This document shows positions 38,996 to 52,537 of a DNA stretch of 64,000 nucleotides, one piece after another. How positions within the stretch are numbered: the stretch's first letter is position 1; the number at the start of each line of letters is the position of its first letter. A program made the position numbers and the translations under genes. The DNA is from Octopus vulgaris (taxonomy: Eukaryota), in the NCBI GenBank assembly GCA_951406725.2, contig OX597814.1, positions 196,230,001 through 196,294,000 on the forward strand, in the 5' to 3' direction. Under the pieces are notes generated by a model that saw only the letters and a list, made by a program, of their open reading frames with translations, searched no databases and was not told the DNA's origin.

Positions 38996-39227
38996 CTATT
39001 TCTTTACTACCCACAAGGGGCTAAACACAGAGAGGACAAACAGGTTCAGACAAACGGATTAAGTTGATTGCATCGACCCCAGTGCGTAAATGGTACTTAA
39101 TTTATCGACCCCGAAATGATGAAAGGCAAAGTCGACCTCGGCAGAATTTGAACTCAGAACGTAACGGCAGACGAAATACCGCTAAGTATCTCGCCCGACG
39201 TGCTAACGTTTCTGCCAGCTCGCCCCC
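38996..39227 (-). mobile_element. SINE family D monomer
   Basis: 15-bp TSD tttgtggttgaagcc. Confidence 0.9.
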
Positions 39228-40142
39228 TTTTTGTGGTTGAAGCCGTCCACAGCAGTTCCCTACTAAAACTTACACAAATTACTACAGAAGGATTTACTAA
39301 CGACATTAATACTTTCGGTACAAAATACTTTTTGGAAATATTCTTTTCCTATTTATCGCTCTCGTTGTTACTAGCAACCCTGACCAATAGGAAAATGTTT
39401 TCTCGAATACTCTACTTTCTGCCAGAAAGTGACTCGCACAGACCAATACACAAATGCATTCAGATGCACACCAACAGAGAAAATAGCAACACACGCACAC
39501 ATACATTCGCACGCACAAAAAGCACATATACACACATATAGACCTACACTCATATACACACACTCACATACAGAAATACTACAAAGCAGTTGTGCTAATT
39601 AGCCGCAATTCGGAATGGTTATCGTCTCTTGTCATGCTGTCCTCATCAACATAATAGTTTCTTTGCAAATCCATCGTGACTTTTGCAACTTAAAAATAAA
39701 CAAGAAATATAAAAAACAAAAAGACAAGCAAAAATGCATAACAAAAAATAAACAAAAAAAACACCAAACAAAAATAGAGGAATGTATGTTAGTTCGATTT
39801 CTCTAACAATGATGAAACGTTAAGCCATAACAGTGTATAGCTTCAGGCTAAATAAATATCAACATGAATAGGTCGAACAGAAGAGACAGAAACGTCTGGT
39901 ACAATAAGAATGTGCGCGCAGCATGTTTTCCTAACCTTTTACTAACCACACACAAGTCTATTATGCTTTTTCTTCGATTGCAGTTGTATTAAATTTGTTC
40001 TTTTTTATATTTTATTTATTTTCAGTGCAGTTTAATGTGTTAAATTCGAAACGTTTGTGTAACAAGTTTTTTTTTTTCATCTTTCAAAGACTATATTTTT
40101 GTGTTTTATAAATAGACTTTTATTTTTTTGTCGAAATCTCTC

Positions 40143-40193
<51 letters not shown>

Positions 40194-40512
40194 GATGATG
40201 ATCATGATGATCATGAGGATAATTTTTGAGTATGGTACATCGCTTTTGTAACTTGTTTTGACATTTTAAAAAATGGTAAATTGTCATGCAACGGTGGAGC
40301 TGTCGAAGACCATATTATATCATCATCCTCACTGAAGACAAAGAGAAAGAAAGAGAGAAAGAGAGAGAGAGAGGAAGAGAGGGAGAGAGGAAGAGAGGGA
40401 GAGAGAGAGAATGAAGAAGAAAAAAGACATGAAACGATAAACTCGTGATGGTCTTCGTCGGTGTGAATTAGATTAGAAAATATAAACGAAACTGATATAT
40501 AATGGACGTTCC

Positions 40513-40547
<35 letters not shown>

Positions 40548-41414
40548 TGATGTTAAAAAGCGAAATGATCGAATGATTTTTGCAACTGGGGTGAGGGGTG
40601 AAGTAGAGATATAATTTAGGTAAAAAGTTTATAACGATGGAAATTGTGAAAAAAGAGAATAAAGTTTAAAAAGCGCTGCCCAAGCAGAAAAAAAGTGATG
40701 AATAGCATTAGAATATAGGGTAAAAAAAAATCAAAGAAAGGAAAATAACCCAGAAGCAAAAGGTGTTCCTAGTACTGTAGGAGAATATTAGAGTGGGGGT
40801 GGGGGGGATTATGATAAATGAATGGGAAGAATCGCGACGATAATGGGAATTTTTTTGAAAGACATACAGAAATATATAGGTTGTTCGCAACGATGATTGA
40901 AAGACATAATAAAAACCCTGCATATACATACATTGTAAATATGTTTACATACGTATATAGACTTAAGAGAATTAAGTCGAAAGAAGTTAGAGATGTACAC
41001 TCAAATACACGCAAGGGCAGCTAAAAGAAGATGATTTGCTGAGAGATTAACCACGAAGTTAAAAGCTGAGAGAGACAATATGTGTACGTAATGAGTTTGT
41101 AAATACACACATACATACATACATACATACATACAGTATATGCACAGATACACACACATATACGTATATGTATATATACTTATATGTATACATATATATA
41201 TATGTATATATGTATACATACGTAAATATATATATATATATACATGTAAATATACATATATATATATACATGTAAATATATATATATTCACATATATGTA
41301 TGTGTGTATATATATATATATGTGTGTGTATACATACACACACGTATATATATGTATGTATGTACTATCTATAGACACACACTCACACACCCACAGACAC
41401 ACACATATATATAC

Positions 41415-41598
41415 AGATCGGTAGCAACTACACACATTTTTTTCTCACCTTGTTTTTTTCTTCTGTGTCCCTTTCTGTAGAAGAGCGTAGGCTCGAAACG
41501 TAAAATACTTTTTCTATTCCTAAGCGTTATACTAATACACCTGTTTGTTTTATACACCACCTGTCTTCGTCTTTTGTTTTTTTTTTCGTGAACTCTCC
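41415..41598 (+). mobile_element. Family E element
   Basis: Near-identical to 22049-22226; GAAGAG-cgtagg-CTC-GAAAC-GTA. Confidence 0.78.
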
Positions 41599-41603
41599 TT
41601 ATA

Positions 41604-41639
<36 letters not shown>

Positions 41640-41663
41640 TGTATGTATGTATGTATGTATGTA

Positions 41664-41704
<41 letters not shown>

Positions 41705-42054
41705 AGTTGGATGGAATATATACGTGAAGTAGTTAATGTTCTCAGGTTACGAACATAAGTCGCGGTTTGCTTTCTAAACCGGGCGGTGTGTACTGTCCGT
41801 GAGCAAAGCGCAGAACCTCCGAACCATATTTAATGTAAAAAGAGGTGAAAGACCATCTGCGCTTGATGAAATAAGTGAGCAATCATATTTGCTTAAATCT
41901 GGCGTTCTTTGTGAATATTTACTTTATTCTCTAAAACACTGAGCAATTTCTTTTCAAGTTACTCTATTTTAACATTAGAAATATTGAATTTCTAAATGTC
42001 TCAGAAAGACATGAGAGGTGGTGGGGCGATATAGTGGTTGTATACTGTCAAAAC

Positions 42055-42838
42055 ATATATATTTTTTAATTTGAAACAAAATTACTTCTCTACGAAACGC
42101 TTAGAGCCATAAAACAGACAGTAGACTAAATTCTAGGTTAATATTAATTGTTTGGGGAATTTTTCAGATGTTGATATAGTTAAGGGCTGATTGCTATGAC
42201 GTAAGGTTGTTAAAAAAGAGGTTGTATACTGTCAACACAACGTGACAGTCCCGTAAAGGGAATCACACCACCGCTATTTAGTCCTAGGAAGCATCGACGC
42301 TTCCTATCAGCTTTGACACATTTCCTGCATCCTTATATTTGCAAAGTGGAGGCAAGCACCCCCACCAGCTAGGATTCACACCTGAAAACATGTTTCTGGG
42401 TCTTGCCCGTCATCAGTCCAGAGTAGTAACTCCTGCTAGCTGAAATGGCTGCGACCACTTTGCAAATATATAATATTTTCAGCGAAAAATATTCCCAGAA
42501 ACATGTCTTCGGATGCTAATCCTAGCTGGCGGGGGTGCTTGCCTCCCCTTTGCAAATATAAGGATGCAGGAAATGTGTCAAGGCTGACAGGAAGCGTCGA
42601 TGCTTCCTAGGACTAAATAGCGGTGGTGTGATTCCCTTTACGGGACTGTCACGTTGTGTTGACAGTATACAACCTCTTTTTTAACAACCTTACGTCATAG
42701 CAATCAGCCCTTACCTATATCAACATCTGAAAAATTCCCCAAACAATTAATATTAACCTAGAATTTAGTCTACTGTCTGTTCTATGGCTGTAAGCGTTTC
42801 GTAGAGAAGTAATTTTGTTTCAAATTAAAAAATATATA
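42055..42838. mobile_element. Large fold-back element (~345-bp arms, ~95-bp spacer) with hammerhead motif
   Basis: 42055-42399 aligns to the reverse complement of 42494-42838; minus strand 42422-42381: tctgga-CTGATGA-cgggcaagaccca-GAAAC-at-GTT-ttcagg. Confidence 0.85.
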
Positions 42839-44018
42839 TAGAGAGATTAATATCAAGTTTTTTTGTATTTGAAGAAATACGAATATAATCTCAAGAGACT
42901 TTAACTTTTAGAAAATGGTTTAAAGTGAATGTTTCTGGTATCAGCTTGAGCAGAAATTGTAGAAAACTTTATGGTCAATGAGTTAATTATCTCTGGTATA
43001 GCTCCAAGGAAATTTCTCTTATCTCGTAACAAGGACTCACTGCCTTTGAAAACTAGTTTGGTATAGTTAGTACAGAGTAATATTTACCAATAGCTGTAGT
43101 AAAGCAATCTTGTGCAAATGACTGATTAATAGAACTTTCTGGACAGTTTGATAACAATGGTTTTAGATGTCTTCTTACTTCTTATTTGTATAATCCCATC
43201 TCAAGATTAAGATAATAAATCTTCCTTTAAAAAGAATAAAGAAAGAATTTTAATTTCGTCAGACGTTTTCTAAATTTACGATTATTGAATTATAATTCAC
43301 TTTGGAATATTTGTTTTCTTTTCCGTAAACACGTTCTGAACTAATGGTTGTGCATCAACTTCCGGTATCTCGAAACACGCGATATATAAATAAATTTCCA
43401 GTTGCTTTCGAAAACTATTAGTTCTTTAAACAGATGTATATCGCTGCCTGTTTCAGTCAGAATCACACTTTCCTTTACCGAGTTAACGTTGTAGACAAAT
43501 ATCAATAAATACATCGTAATGTACGTCAAACCCGCTACGAAAGTAAATGATTGTTAAACAATTTCATACATCAACTGCGATCTTTATTTGCAAGCAAAAT
43601 ACGGCAAAGTTAATTAATTTAGAACCGATATATCTTTCGAGTTATCTGCACCTTATAACTGCCTCGAGATACCATTGAAGTATACGGTCACAGATATAGA
43701 GATTAATGGCTATTTGCCGTGTATGAACAGTCATGTTCAAACGTATTATGTATATCTATGCGGAATTCAAAAAATCTGTGTCTGTGTACATTTAAATGAA
43801 AATAAGGTTATGTGTACGAGAATAAACGTGGATGGATTTTTAAACCCACATATTATCTAATTAGGTAACGTGAATATGTTGTGGATGACAGGTCAAAGAT
43901 GCGATGCGTACAGCAATGTGTTCCCTGCGTCAGTGTATGAGCGAAACTGAATAACAGTACATATATATATATATATACATACATACATGTATGTATTTAT
44001 ATATATACACACATATGC

Positions 44019-44051
<33 letters not shown>

Positions 44052-44168
44052 CGTGAATATATATATATATATATATATTTACATGTATACATATATATTT
44101 GTATATATACCGCTCTCTCTCGCTCTGCCTCTGTCTGTCTGTCTGTCTGTCTCTGTCTCTCTCTCTGC

Positions 44169-44279
<111 letters not shown>

Positions 44280-45176
44280 GCAAGCAGGAATTAGAACTGG
44301 TTTTCTGAGACATTTGCGACAAGAGTGAATGTCTTTTTGCCAATGCATTGTGCGTATGAAATATTGGACAGTAAAGAATTAACCTCATTGCTCAAGCATC
44401 AGGCTTTTCTGACGTCTCCCTTTCTAATTGATTTATAGAAGATTCCATTTCTTTCTTTGAAAGATTCTTCTGTAATTCATAGCGTTAACTTAACAAATTG
44501 AGAATGGCAAAGGCTACCATTGAGTTGATTATAACATAAAGACTATGTTAATGGATGCCAACGGCTCCTCATAAAAAAAAAAAAATTCTTTTAAAAAAAA
44601 AAAACTTAACAATCTTTCACTATTGAAATTCTTTCAATATTATTCTTTAATGAAAGTGATGGACGTCATTTATACGCTAAAGAGATCTCAGGCAACAATA
44701 GATCATTTGAAGTCGCCCGAGTCTCTGATTTTATGTCCAGCTGTGTTTACAATCAAGGCATCAATGACGACCAAGTTACAGGTCCCCTTCTCTTCAATTT
44801 AGTCTTCACATCCGTAAAGAAACTTCGCACGTCACTGTACTAACCCCTATTAGTCTTTGTTCCTTCCGAGGGAGTTTCCTGTCAAATTGCTTCTTCTTTT
44901 TCTTATTTTCCTTCCTTTTTTTGTTATCAAGTGTAATATATTAATTTTCGCATATTTCCTGTCGTTCTTTTAAAATTATTTTTTGAAGGAATCTGAAACA
45001 ACACAGTTAGCAACAGAAGGGTGAATGATAGCAGTTGCAAACTAGATTTGCGTTTTAAAAAATTAGATTCACTACTTTAAACGTCATATCGTTTAAACTC
45101 CACATTAGAAGGAAAAGCGACAACAAACCAGATTATAATATTTCTGGCATATGTCCATCAATAGCATATACTGCAT

Positions 45177-46074
45177 AAGGCAGAAACGTTAGCACGCAGG
45201 GAGAAATGCTTAGCGGTGTTTCGTCTGATTTTACATTCTGAGTTCAAATTCCACCAAGGTTGACTTTGCCTTTCACCCTTTTGGGGTCGACAAACTAAGT
45301 ACCAGTTGCGTACTGGGGTCGATATAATCGTCTTAATCCGTTTGTCTGTCCTTGTTTGTCCCCTCTATGTTCAGCCCCTTGTGGGTAGTAAAGAAATAGG
45401 TATTTCGTCTGTCGTTACGTTTTGAGTTCAAATTACACCGAGGTCGACTTAGCCTTTCATCCTTTAGGGGTCGATAAATTAAGTACCAGTTGCGTACTGG
45501 GCTCGATCTAATCGACAGACTCCCTCCCTCAAAATTAATGGCATTGTTACTAGAGTAGAAAAGAATATTTAAGTCGGCGAGCTGGCAGAAACCTTAGCAC
45601 GCCGGGCGAAATGCTTTGTGGTATTTCGTCCGCCGTTACGTTCTGAGTTCAGATTCCGCCGAGGTCAACTTTGCCGTTCATACTTTCGGGTTCGACAAAT
45701 TAAGTACGAGTTACGCACTGGGGTTGATGTAACAGACTTAATCCGTTTGTCTGTCCTTGTTTGTCCCCTCTGTGTGTAGCCCCTTGTGGGTAGTAAAGAA
45801 ATAGGTATTTCGTCTGCCGCTACGTTCTGAGTTCAAATTCCGCCGAGGTCGACTTTGCCTTTCATCCTTTCGCGGTCGATTAAGTAAGCACCAGTTACGC
45901 ACTGGGGTCGATATAATCGACTTAATCCGTTTGTTTGTCCTTGTTTGTCCTCTCTGTGTGTAGCCCCTTGTGGGTAGTAAAGAATAGGTATTACGTCTGC
46001 CGTTTAGTTCTGAGTTGAGATTCCACCGAGGTAGACTTTCAACCTTTCGGGGGTCGATAAATTAAGTACTAGTT
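45177..46074 (+). mobile_element. Array of family D SINE units (dimer 45177-45568, trimer 45574-46074)
   Basis: Each tail gtagtaaaga(a)ata is followed by ggtatt(t/a)cgtctg. Confidence 0.9.
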
Positions 46075-46075
46075 G

Positions 46076-46477
46076 CTCTTTTACTTCTTTCAGTCATTTG
46101 ACTGCGGCCATGCTGGAGCACCACCTTAGTCGGGCAAATCGATCCCAGGATTTATTCTTTGTAAGCCTAGTACCTATTCTACCGGTTTCTTTTTGCCAAA
46201 CCGCTAAGTTACGGGGACGTGAACACACGAGCATCGGTTGTCAAGGGATGCTGGTGGGACACAGACACAAACAAACACACACAGATACACACATACACAC
46301 ACACACACACACATATATATATACATATATACGACAGGCTTCTTTCAGTTTCTGTCTACCAAATCCACTCACAAGGCTTTGGTCAGCCCAAGGCTATAGT
46401 CGAAGACACTTGCCCAAGGTGCCACGCAGTGGGACTGAACCTGAAACAATGTGGTTGTTAAGCAAGCAACTTACCAC
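46076..46477 (-). mobile_element. SINE family A
   Basis: Reverse-complement copy. Confidence 0.88.
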
Positions 46478-46699
46478 GCGTTTATATATACACACGTTTA
46501 TATATTTACACACACACATGTACATACATATACGTACACGTTTATATATACACACGCATAGGCAGCCACGTACATACATATACAGAAAGGCGATAAATAC
46601 ATACATGCATTTATAAGCATATATATCTATATATAAATATGCGTATATATACAGGTATATATATACATATATATGTATATACACACGCATATTTATATA

Positions 46700-47010
46700 T
46701 TATATTATAAAATAAGATCAGGAAAATTACATCAAAAACTCATCACAGAAGATATAATTGCAAAATAGTATTGTATTAATAGATAGAAGTATAAATATAT
46801 AAGTTTGATTATTTAAAAAATTTAAAGTTTAAAATATCTTACTAATAAGTTTAAAATATCTTACTATAAGGTATTTTAGACTTTTAAACTTTTTAAATAA
46901 CCGTACTTTATATATTTATACATCTGTCTATAAATGCAATAATATTTTGACGTTTATCTTCGGTGATAATTTTTTTTATCTAATTTTCTTGCACTTATTT
47001 TATAATATAA
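46700..47010. repeat. Diverged AT-rich fold-back (~150-bp arms)
   Basis: tatattataaaataag...tttaaaaaatttaaagtttaaaatatctta versus taaggtattttagacttttaaactttttaaa...cttatttttataatata. Confidence 0.65.
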
Positions 47011-47205
47011 CATATAATCGCTCTTATTAAATGTCTAAATACCTTTAAAGTTTTAGACATTCCCTGCCGCGAGCACTTATTAGAAAATGAGTATATCGTA
47101 TTTTAATTTAGATATATTTGATTAACGATATATATATATATATATATATACACATACATATTTATATACATACATATTTATATACATACATATATATATA
47201 CATAC

Positions 47206-47299
<94 letters not shown>

Positions 47300-47640
47300 G
47301 GGTGTCAAGTATGAATGTTTGTCCATGATTTTGCAAAAATACGAGACGAAAGTGAAATGTTATTTAACACAGAGAAGGTGAAGAACATTTTTTTAGAAAT
47401 ATAGAATCCAGTGTTCTGTAGTTATATCAATCGATAATATATATATGTATATGCGTGTATTTGTCTGCAGGTTTGTATGCGTATATATACACATTTTGGA
47501 TGTTGTATCACGTTTATATATATATATATATATACTTATAATAATATAGGGTGAAACTAATTAATTTGGAATAATCATTAATTTCACCAAGTAGATTTCG
47601 GCATGTAAAAGCCCCATTCGAGGAAGGTTTAAGTAATACT

Positions 47641-47900
47641 AAGTAATTAAGGGTTTAGCAACGATTTGCCTCACCACACACCGAATTTAGAAATAGCAGT
47701 CAAAGAGTTATGGCTATTCTTTCTACTTAAAAGGGAGATCTCAGTAAAACCACAGCACTTAAAAGGCAAACAACGCAGGCAAAAGAGAAAGAAATGACGA
47801 CAATCAGACTTAATATAGAAAGAATAGCCATAACTCTTTGACTGCTATTTCTAAATTCAGTGTGTGGTGAGGCAAATCGTTGCTAAACCCTTAATTACTT
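47641..47900. repeat. Inverted repeat, 80-bp arms with 100-bp spacer, within a (TA)n-flanked element
   Basis: 47641-47720 is the reverse complement of 47821-47900, with about 1 mismatch. Confidence 0.88.
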
Positions 47901-47917
47901 ATATATACTTATATATA

Positions 47918-47995
<78 letters not shown>

Positions 47996-48043
47996 CACAC
48001 ACACACACATACATACATATACGTACATACATGCATAAATAAG

Positions 48044-48126
<83 letters not shown>

Positions 48127-48211
48127 ATATGTACAGGTATGTATACTTGTATATCCATTTACACGCACATATATCTATGAGTTTATACTTATATACACAC
48201 CCACACATATG

Positions 48212-48255
<44 letters not shown>

Positions 48256-49381
48256 TATAAAAATATATACCTTAGTGTTTTGTCGTTTATATATTTTTGC
48301 TTTATACAGAAAGACGATAAATAGCGTGTCATATGTTGACACTATGAGCCAATAATGTCTAAAATATAAGCGGAAAAATAGTCTAAAATGCAGGAAGAAT
48401 AACAATATCAGCAGCAACGATAACAGAAGCTCTAACAGGAACAACAATAGCGACAACAACAAGGGTAACATTAAGCAGTAATAATAGAATCATTGCTAAC
48501 AACAGGAAAACACTAGCAAGAACAAAATATCAATTAGAAATACTCACGATTAATAATATCAATAGAAGAGACAAGAAGTAAAGAATAACATTGCAGTCGA
48601 ACGAATAAAATCGTATAGAAACATGAAAAATAATGAAACAATTAATGGCGATATCAGTATGTTTTCTGGTTTTCTGGTTTTCGCTTTTTTTTTTGCTTTT
48701 CTTTTTAACCTCAATAAGAATAACAACGCAAATCGGAGCCAGAGTGATCGTCAATGTAAGCAGGACGGTTTCACTATTATGAAACAATAATACAGATAAA
48801 CGTCTCTGAAAAGACACTGAATAAAGGTATAGTGGGTTAATGGAAAACTTTAAATAATGTTTAGATGTTGCTTGCTACGTTTTTATTTATTCAGTAACTT
48901 AACGATGTGCGTTCACCTTAAACAATAAACAACGTAAGTGCGAGCTCTGGTTATGAAGATAACACATGATTCCCGATGTGATAGTATATAGTATAAATGT
49001 GATAAACTCTAATAGCAAATTGGAAAAAAAAAAATAAAGGATATTTATTATAACTGTATAGCACCTTTGTTACAATATTTCTCTTGAAATACAAAGGCTT
49101 TGTATCAATTAATTTTCAATATCATGAAGAATATGTTAAAATAATGTTGTTATTAAGCTGGTGTTTAGAGCGAAAATTAACATGAACTTATGATTGAAGT
49201 TTTTAATTTAGATTATTTTAAAACTTCTATCATAAAACCACAGGCAGCCAAAACAGAGTGGCATCAAAAATGTTAATATTTCTACGTTAGAAAGATCTCA
49301 ATATTACAATAGAAAGGTGGGATTAAGATTGTGTGACACCACTGGCTTTAAAAAACAGTCATTATATAAAATCAAATAAAA

Positions 49382-49707
49382 GGAACACTCCGTCGGTTAC
49401 GACGACGAGGGTCCCAGCTGATACGATCAACTGAACAGCCTGCTCGGGAAATTAACGTGCTAGTGACTGAGTAATCCACAGAAACGCGTACCCGGAACGT
49501 AGTTCTCAGGGAGATTAAGCATGACACAGAGTGTGACAAGGCCGGTCCTTTGAAATACAGGTACAACTCATTTTTGCCAGCTGAGTGGACTGGAGCAACG
49601 TGAAATAAAGTGTCTTGCTCAAGGACAAAGCGCGTCGCCGGGAATGGAACTCACGACCTTACAATTGTAAGCCGAATGCCCTAACCACTAAGCCACGCGC
49701 CTTCCAC
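49382..49707 (-). mobile_element. SINE combining a CORE-type head/core with the family B 3' half
   Basis: 49565-49707 matches the 23148 family; 49382-49565 matches the family B 3' half. Confidence 0.85.
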
Positions 49708-50035
49708 ATCAAATCAAATAATGAGAGGGAAACTCCCGTCTTTCAGTTCGAGCCACACTGTGAGGTTAACTATCAACCTGTGGAATACACTGCCTTCAGT
49801 TGTTTCCAGATGGTTGTTGTTTCACCCCAGGTCATATCTCATCCATTAGACATAGTCTCAAGGCGATCTAGTCGAGAGATTTATCTTAAAATTTCCCTAC
49901 AATCTGGGCCAGCGTTCCATGAACACGATTTGCTAAGTCTCTATCTTTCATTGCATAAGACAGAACTGACTGAAATACATATTAAGCGCTATTAATTGCC
50001 AGCCTGACAAACACATATACACTCACACGTATATG

Positions 50036-50430
50036 CTCTTTACTGTTTTACTCTTTTACTTGTTTTAGCCATTTGACTGCGGCCATGCTGGAGCACCGCC
50101 TTTAGTCGAGCAAATCGACTCCAGGACTTATTCTTTGTAAACCTAGTACTTATTCTATCGGTGTCTTTTGCCGAACCGCTAAGTTACAGGAACGTAAACA
50201 CACCAGCATCGGTTGTCAAACGATGTTGTGGGGAACAAACACACACACATATATACATATACGTATATACGAGGGGCTTCTTTCAGTTTCCGTCTACCAA
50301 ATTCACTCACAAGGCTTTGGTCGGCCCGAGGCTATATTAAAATACACCTGCTCAAGGTGCCACGCAGTAGGACTGAACCCGGAACCACGTAGCTGTTAAG
50401 CAAGCTACTTACCACACAGCCACTCCTGCG
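50036..50430 (-). mobile_element. SINE family A
   Basis: Full-length reverse copy. Confidence 0.9.
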
Positions 50431-50561
50431 CTATCACACACATTCTACATAATCCGCTAAGTTATATGTAGGTAAAGAAACCATCACTGGTTATCAAGCG
50501 GTGGTAGACGAAAACTACGCTACAGCCATACACATACGTATGTATAAAGGTGTGGACATGG

Positions 50562-50600
<39 letters not shown>

Positions 50601-50653
50601 CATCCATCAATCTATCTATCTATCTATCTTTCTATCTATCTATCTATCTATCT

Positions 50654-52537
50654 GCCCATCACTCTGCTTAATGGAGACTTGAAAATTTTGGCCAAGGTGC
50701 TAGCCAAGAGGTTGGCGCTTGTCATCGAGAATCTGGTCGACAGGGCGCAAACATGCGCCGTGCCGGGCCAGACCATCCATGACAACCTCCACCTGATGCG
50801 CTACATCATAGACAGGGTAGTTAACGAACCTGGCATGGGTGGGGCGCTGATCAATTTGGATCAATCGAAAGCTTTCGATAGGGTAGACCATCGATACTTG
50901 GAGGCGGTCCTCAGAGCGGCAGGCTTCGGTCCCGTCTTCCGCGGCTGGATAGCCGCTTTGTACAGAGGCATCCGTTCGGTAATTCGCGTGAATGGACATC
51001 TATCGAGACCCTTCGACATCGCACGTTCGGTCCGTCAGGGATGCCCCCTCTCGTCGCTTCTATACGTATTGACTCTCGAGCCATTATTGCGGAAGCTGGC
51101 AACTTTGAGGGGCATCCCGCGAGAACTGGGATGCGGGACGAGCGTGTCTGCATACGCGGACGACGTCACCGTCATAGTGTCTAGCCACGAGCACATCGAG
51201 CAGGTCGGCGAGACACTGAAAAACTACGAAGCGGTGACAGGAGCGAAAATCAACCGGGAAAAGTCAGTGGGCTTGCGACTAGGCACCTGGAGAAGCAAGC
51301 CCATGCCGTCCACCAGCGCCTCCGTCGTGGGACGCTGGACCGACGGCCCGGTTGAGTTGCTCGGGGTCTGGTTTGGTTCGGACCTCCAAGTGGAGAAGAA
51401 CTGGAACGAGATAACGAGTAGGGTGGTTACTCTCGCCCGGCAATGGGCCGAGAGGAAACTGTCCCTAAAAGGTCGGGCGGAGGTGGCGAACACGTACATC
51501 GCGTCCGTCATCTACTACCGCCTGACCGTCGTACCTTGTCCCGACCCTACCATCACCAAACTACAACGCATTCTCTTTCGCTTCTTGTGGAAAGGATGCG
51601 TCCCGATGGTCAGGCGATCCATTTGCTGTCAACACCCGCTAAAAGGAGGGCTGGGCATGCCGTGGTTGATGATGCGCAGACACGCGCTGAGACTGCGACA
51701 TCTCTGGCTCTATGTAGACGACGGTGAACAGGTGTGGTCGCCGTTTGTGAGGTACGCTTTCCCGCAGCTCGTCTCCATGACCGAACTGCAGTCGTGGATC
51801 AAAAAGAGGCCGAGGAAGGGCGATTGGCACCGCGAGTGTCGCGTTGCGCTCAAGCAACTCTGCCGTCCCGGGTCGACCTTGAGTGACTTCAACACAACCA
51901 AAGCATTCTATAGGGGATTAGTGGAGGGGAGGTACGACGACGAGCTCGGGGCGAACCTGGACGTCGACGAGGAGTACCTGACCCGCCTGTTCAGGACGAC
52001 TTTCGGGCCAGGGCCCATGGACAACTTCCAGAGATCCCTGGCCTGGCAGTGCTACCGAGAAGCGCTACCCGTTCGGGATAAGCTCTACAGACACGGCTCG
52101 AGAAACACGGGGCCGACCTGCCCGAGATGCGGTCAGAGCGACGAAACCGTTCTGCACGCACCCGTGCAGTGTCCAACAATTTCCGACCTGTGGGCTTATG
52201 TCGAACAACTGCTGTCACGTGTGGGACGAGTCGGTTTATCAGCTGAGTCTATCGTCAATATTGTCACGCCTCCTTCCTTCAAACGGGAAGGAAGAGCTAT
52301 TTTCATCATCCTTGTGGCTATGGCGAAAGAATGTATCTGGTGGACGCGTCTGAAGGGATTGGAGACAAACAATTTCCTCTCTGGTCAATCTCTCATCAAC
52401 TTCTTCAAGTACCACTTGAAAAGGAAAGTGAAAGTAGAGAGGCAAGTTTTGTCTAGCGAATGTTTTAAAAAAGATGGATGAATGTAGCAAGGATGGCACG
52501 TATGAATGACGAAGCCACCTTGAGCATAATCCTATGA
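50654..52537 (+). CDS. L1/Tx1-clade ORF2, 5'-truncated: reverse transcriptase plus C-terminal CCHC zinc finger
   Basis: PITLLNGDLKILAKVLA.RL, LDQSKAFDRVDH, VRQGCPLS.LLY, AYADD, KGGLG, CPRC...ETVLH...C; open to 52481, and a single-A frameshift gives the likely native end (KRWMN...LSIIL*) at 52537. The listed ORF's N-terminus is only (TATC)n. Confidence 0.95.

Noticed and set aside
45177-46074. CRISPR-like regular repeats (also 58372-58547)
   Set aside because: No unique spacers and no cas genes; eukaryotic SINE multimers and a minisatellite.
50700-52218. Overlapping antisense and alternative-frame ORFs in the LINE
   Set aside because: Expected by chance in GC-rich coding DNA; no motifs.
50654-52481. 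GC-rich RT as a bacterial contaminant, retron or group II intron
   Set aside because: Motifs and the CCHC finger are L1/Tx1-type, with a eukaryotic 3' UTR duplicated in host microsatellite.
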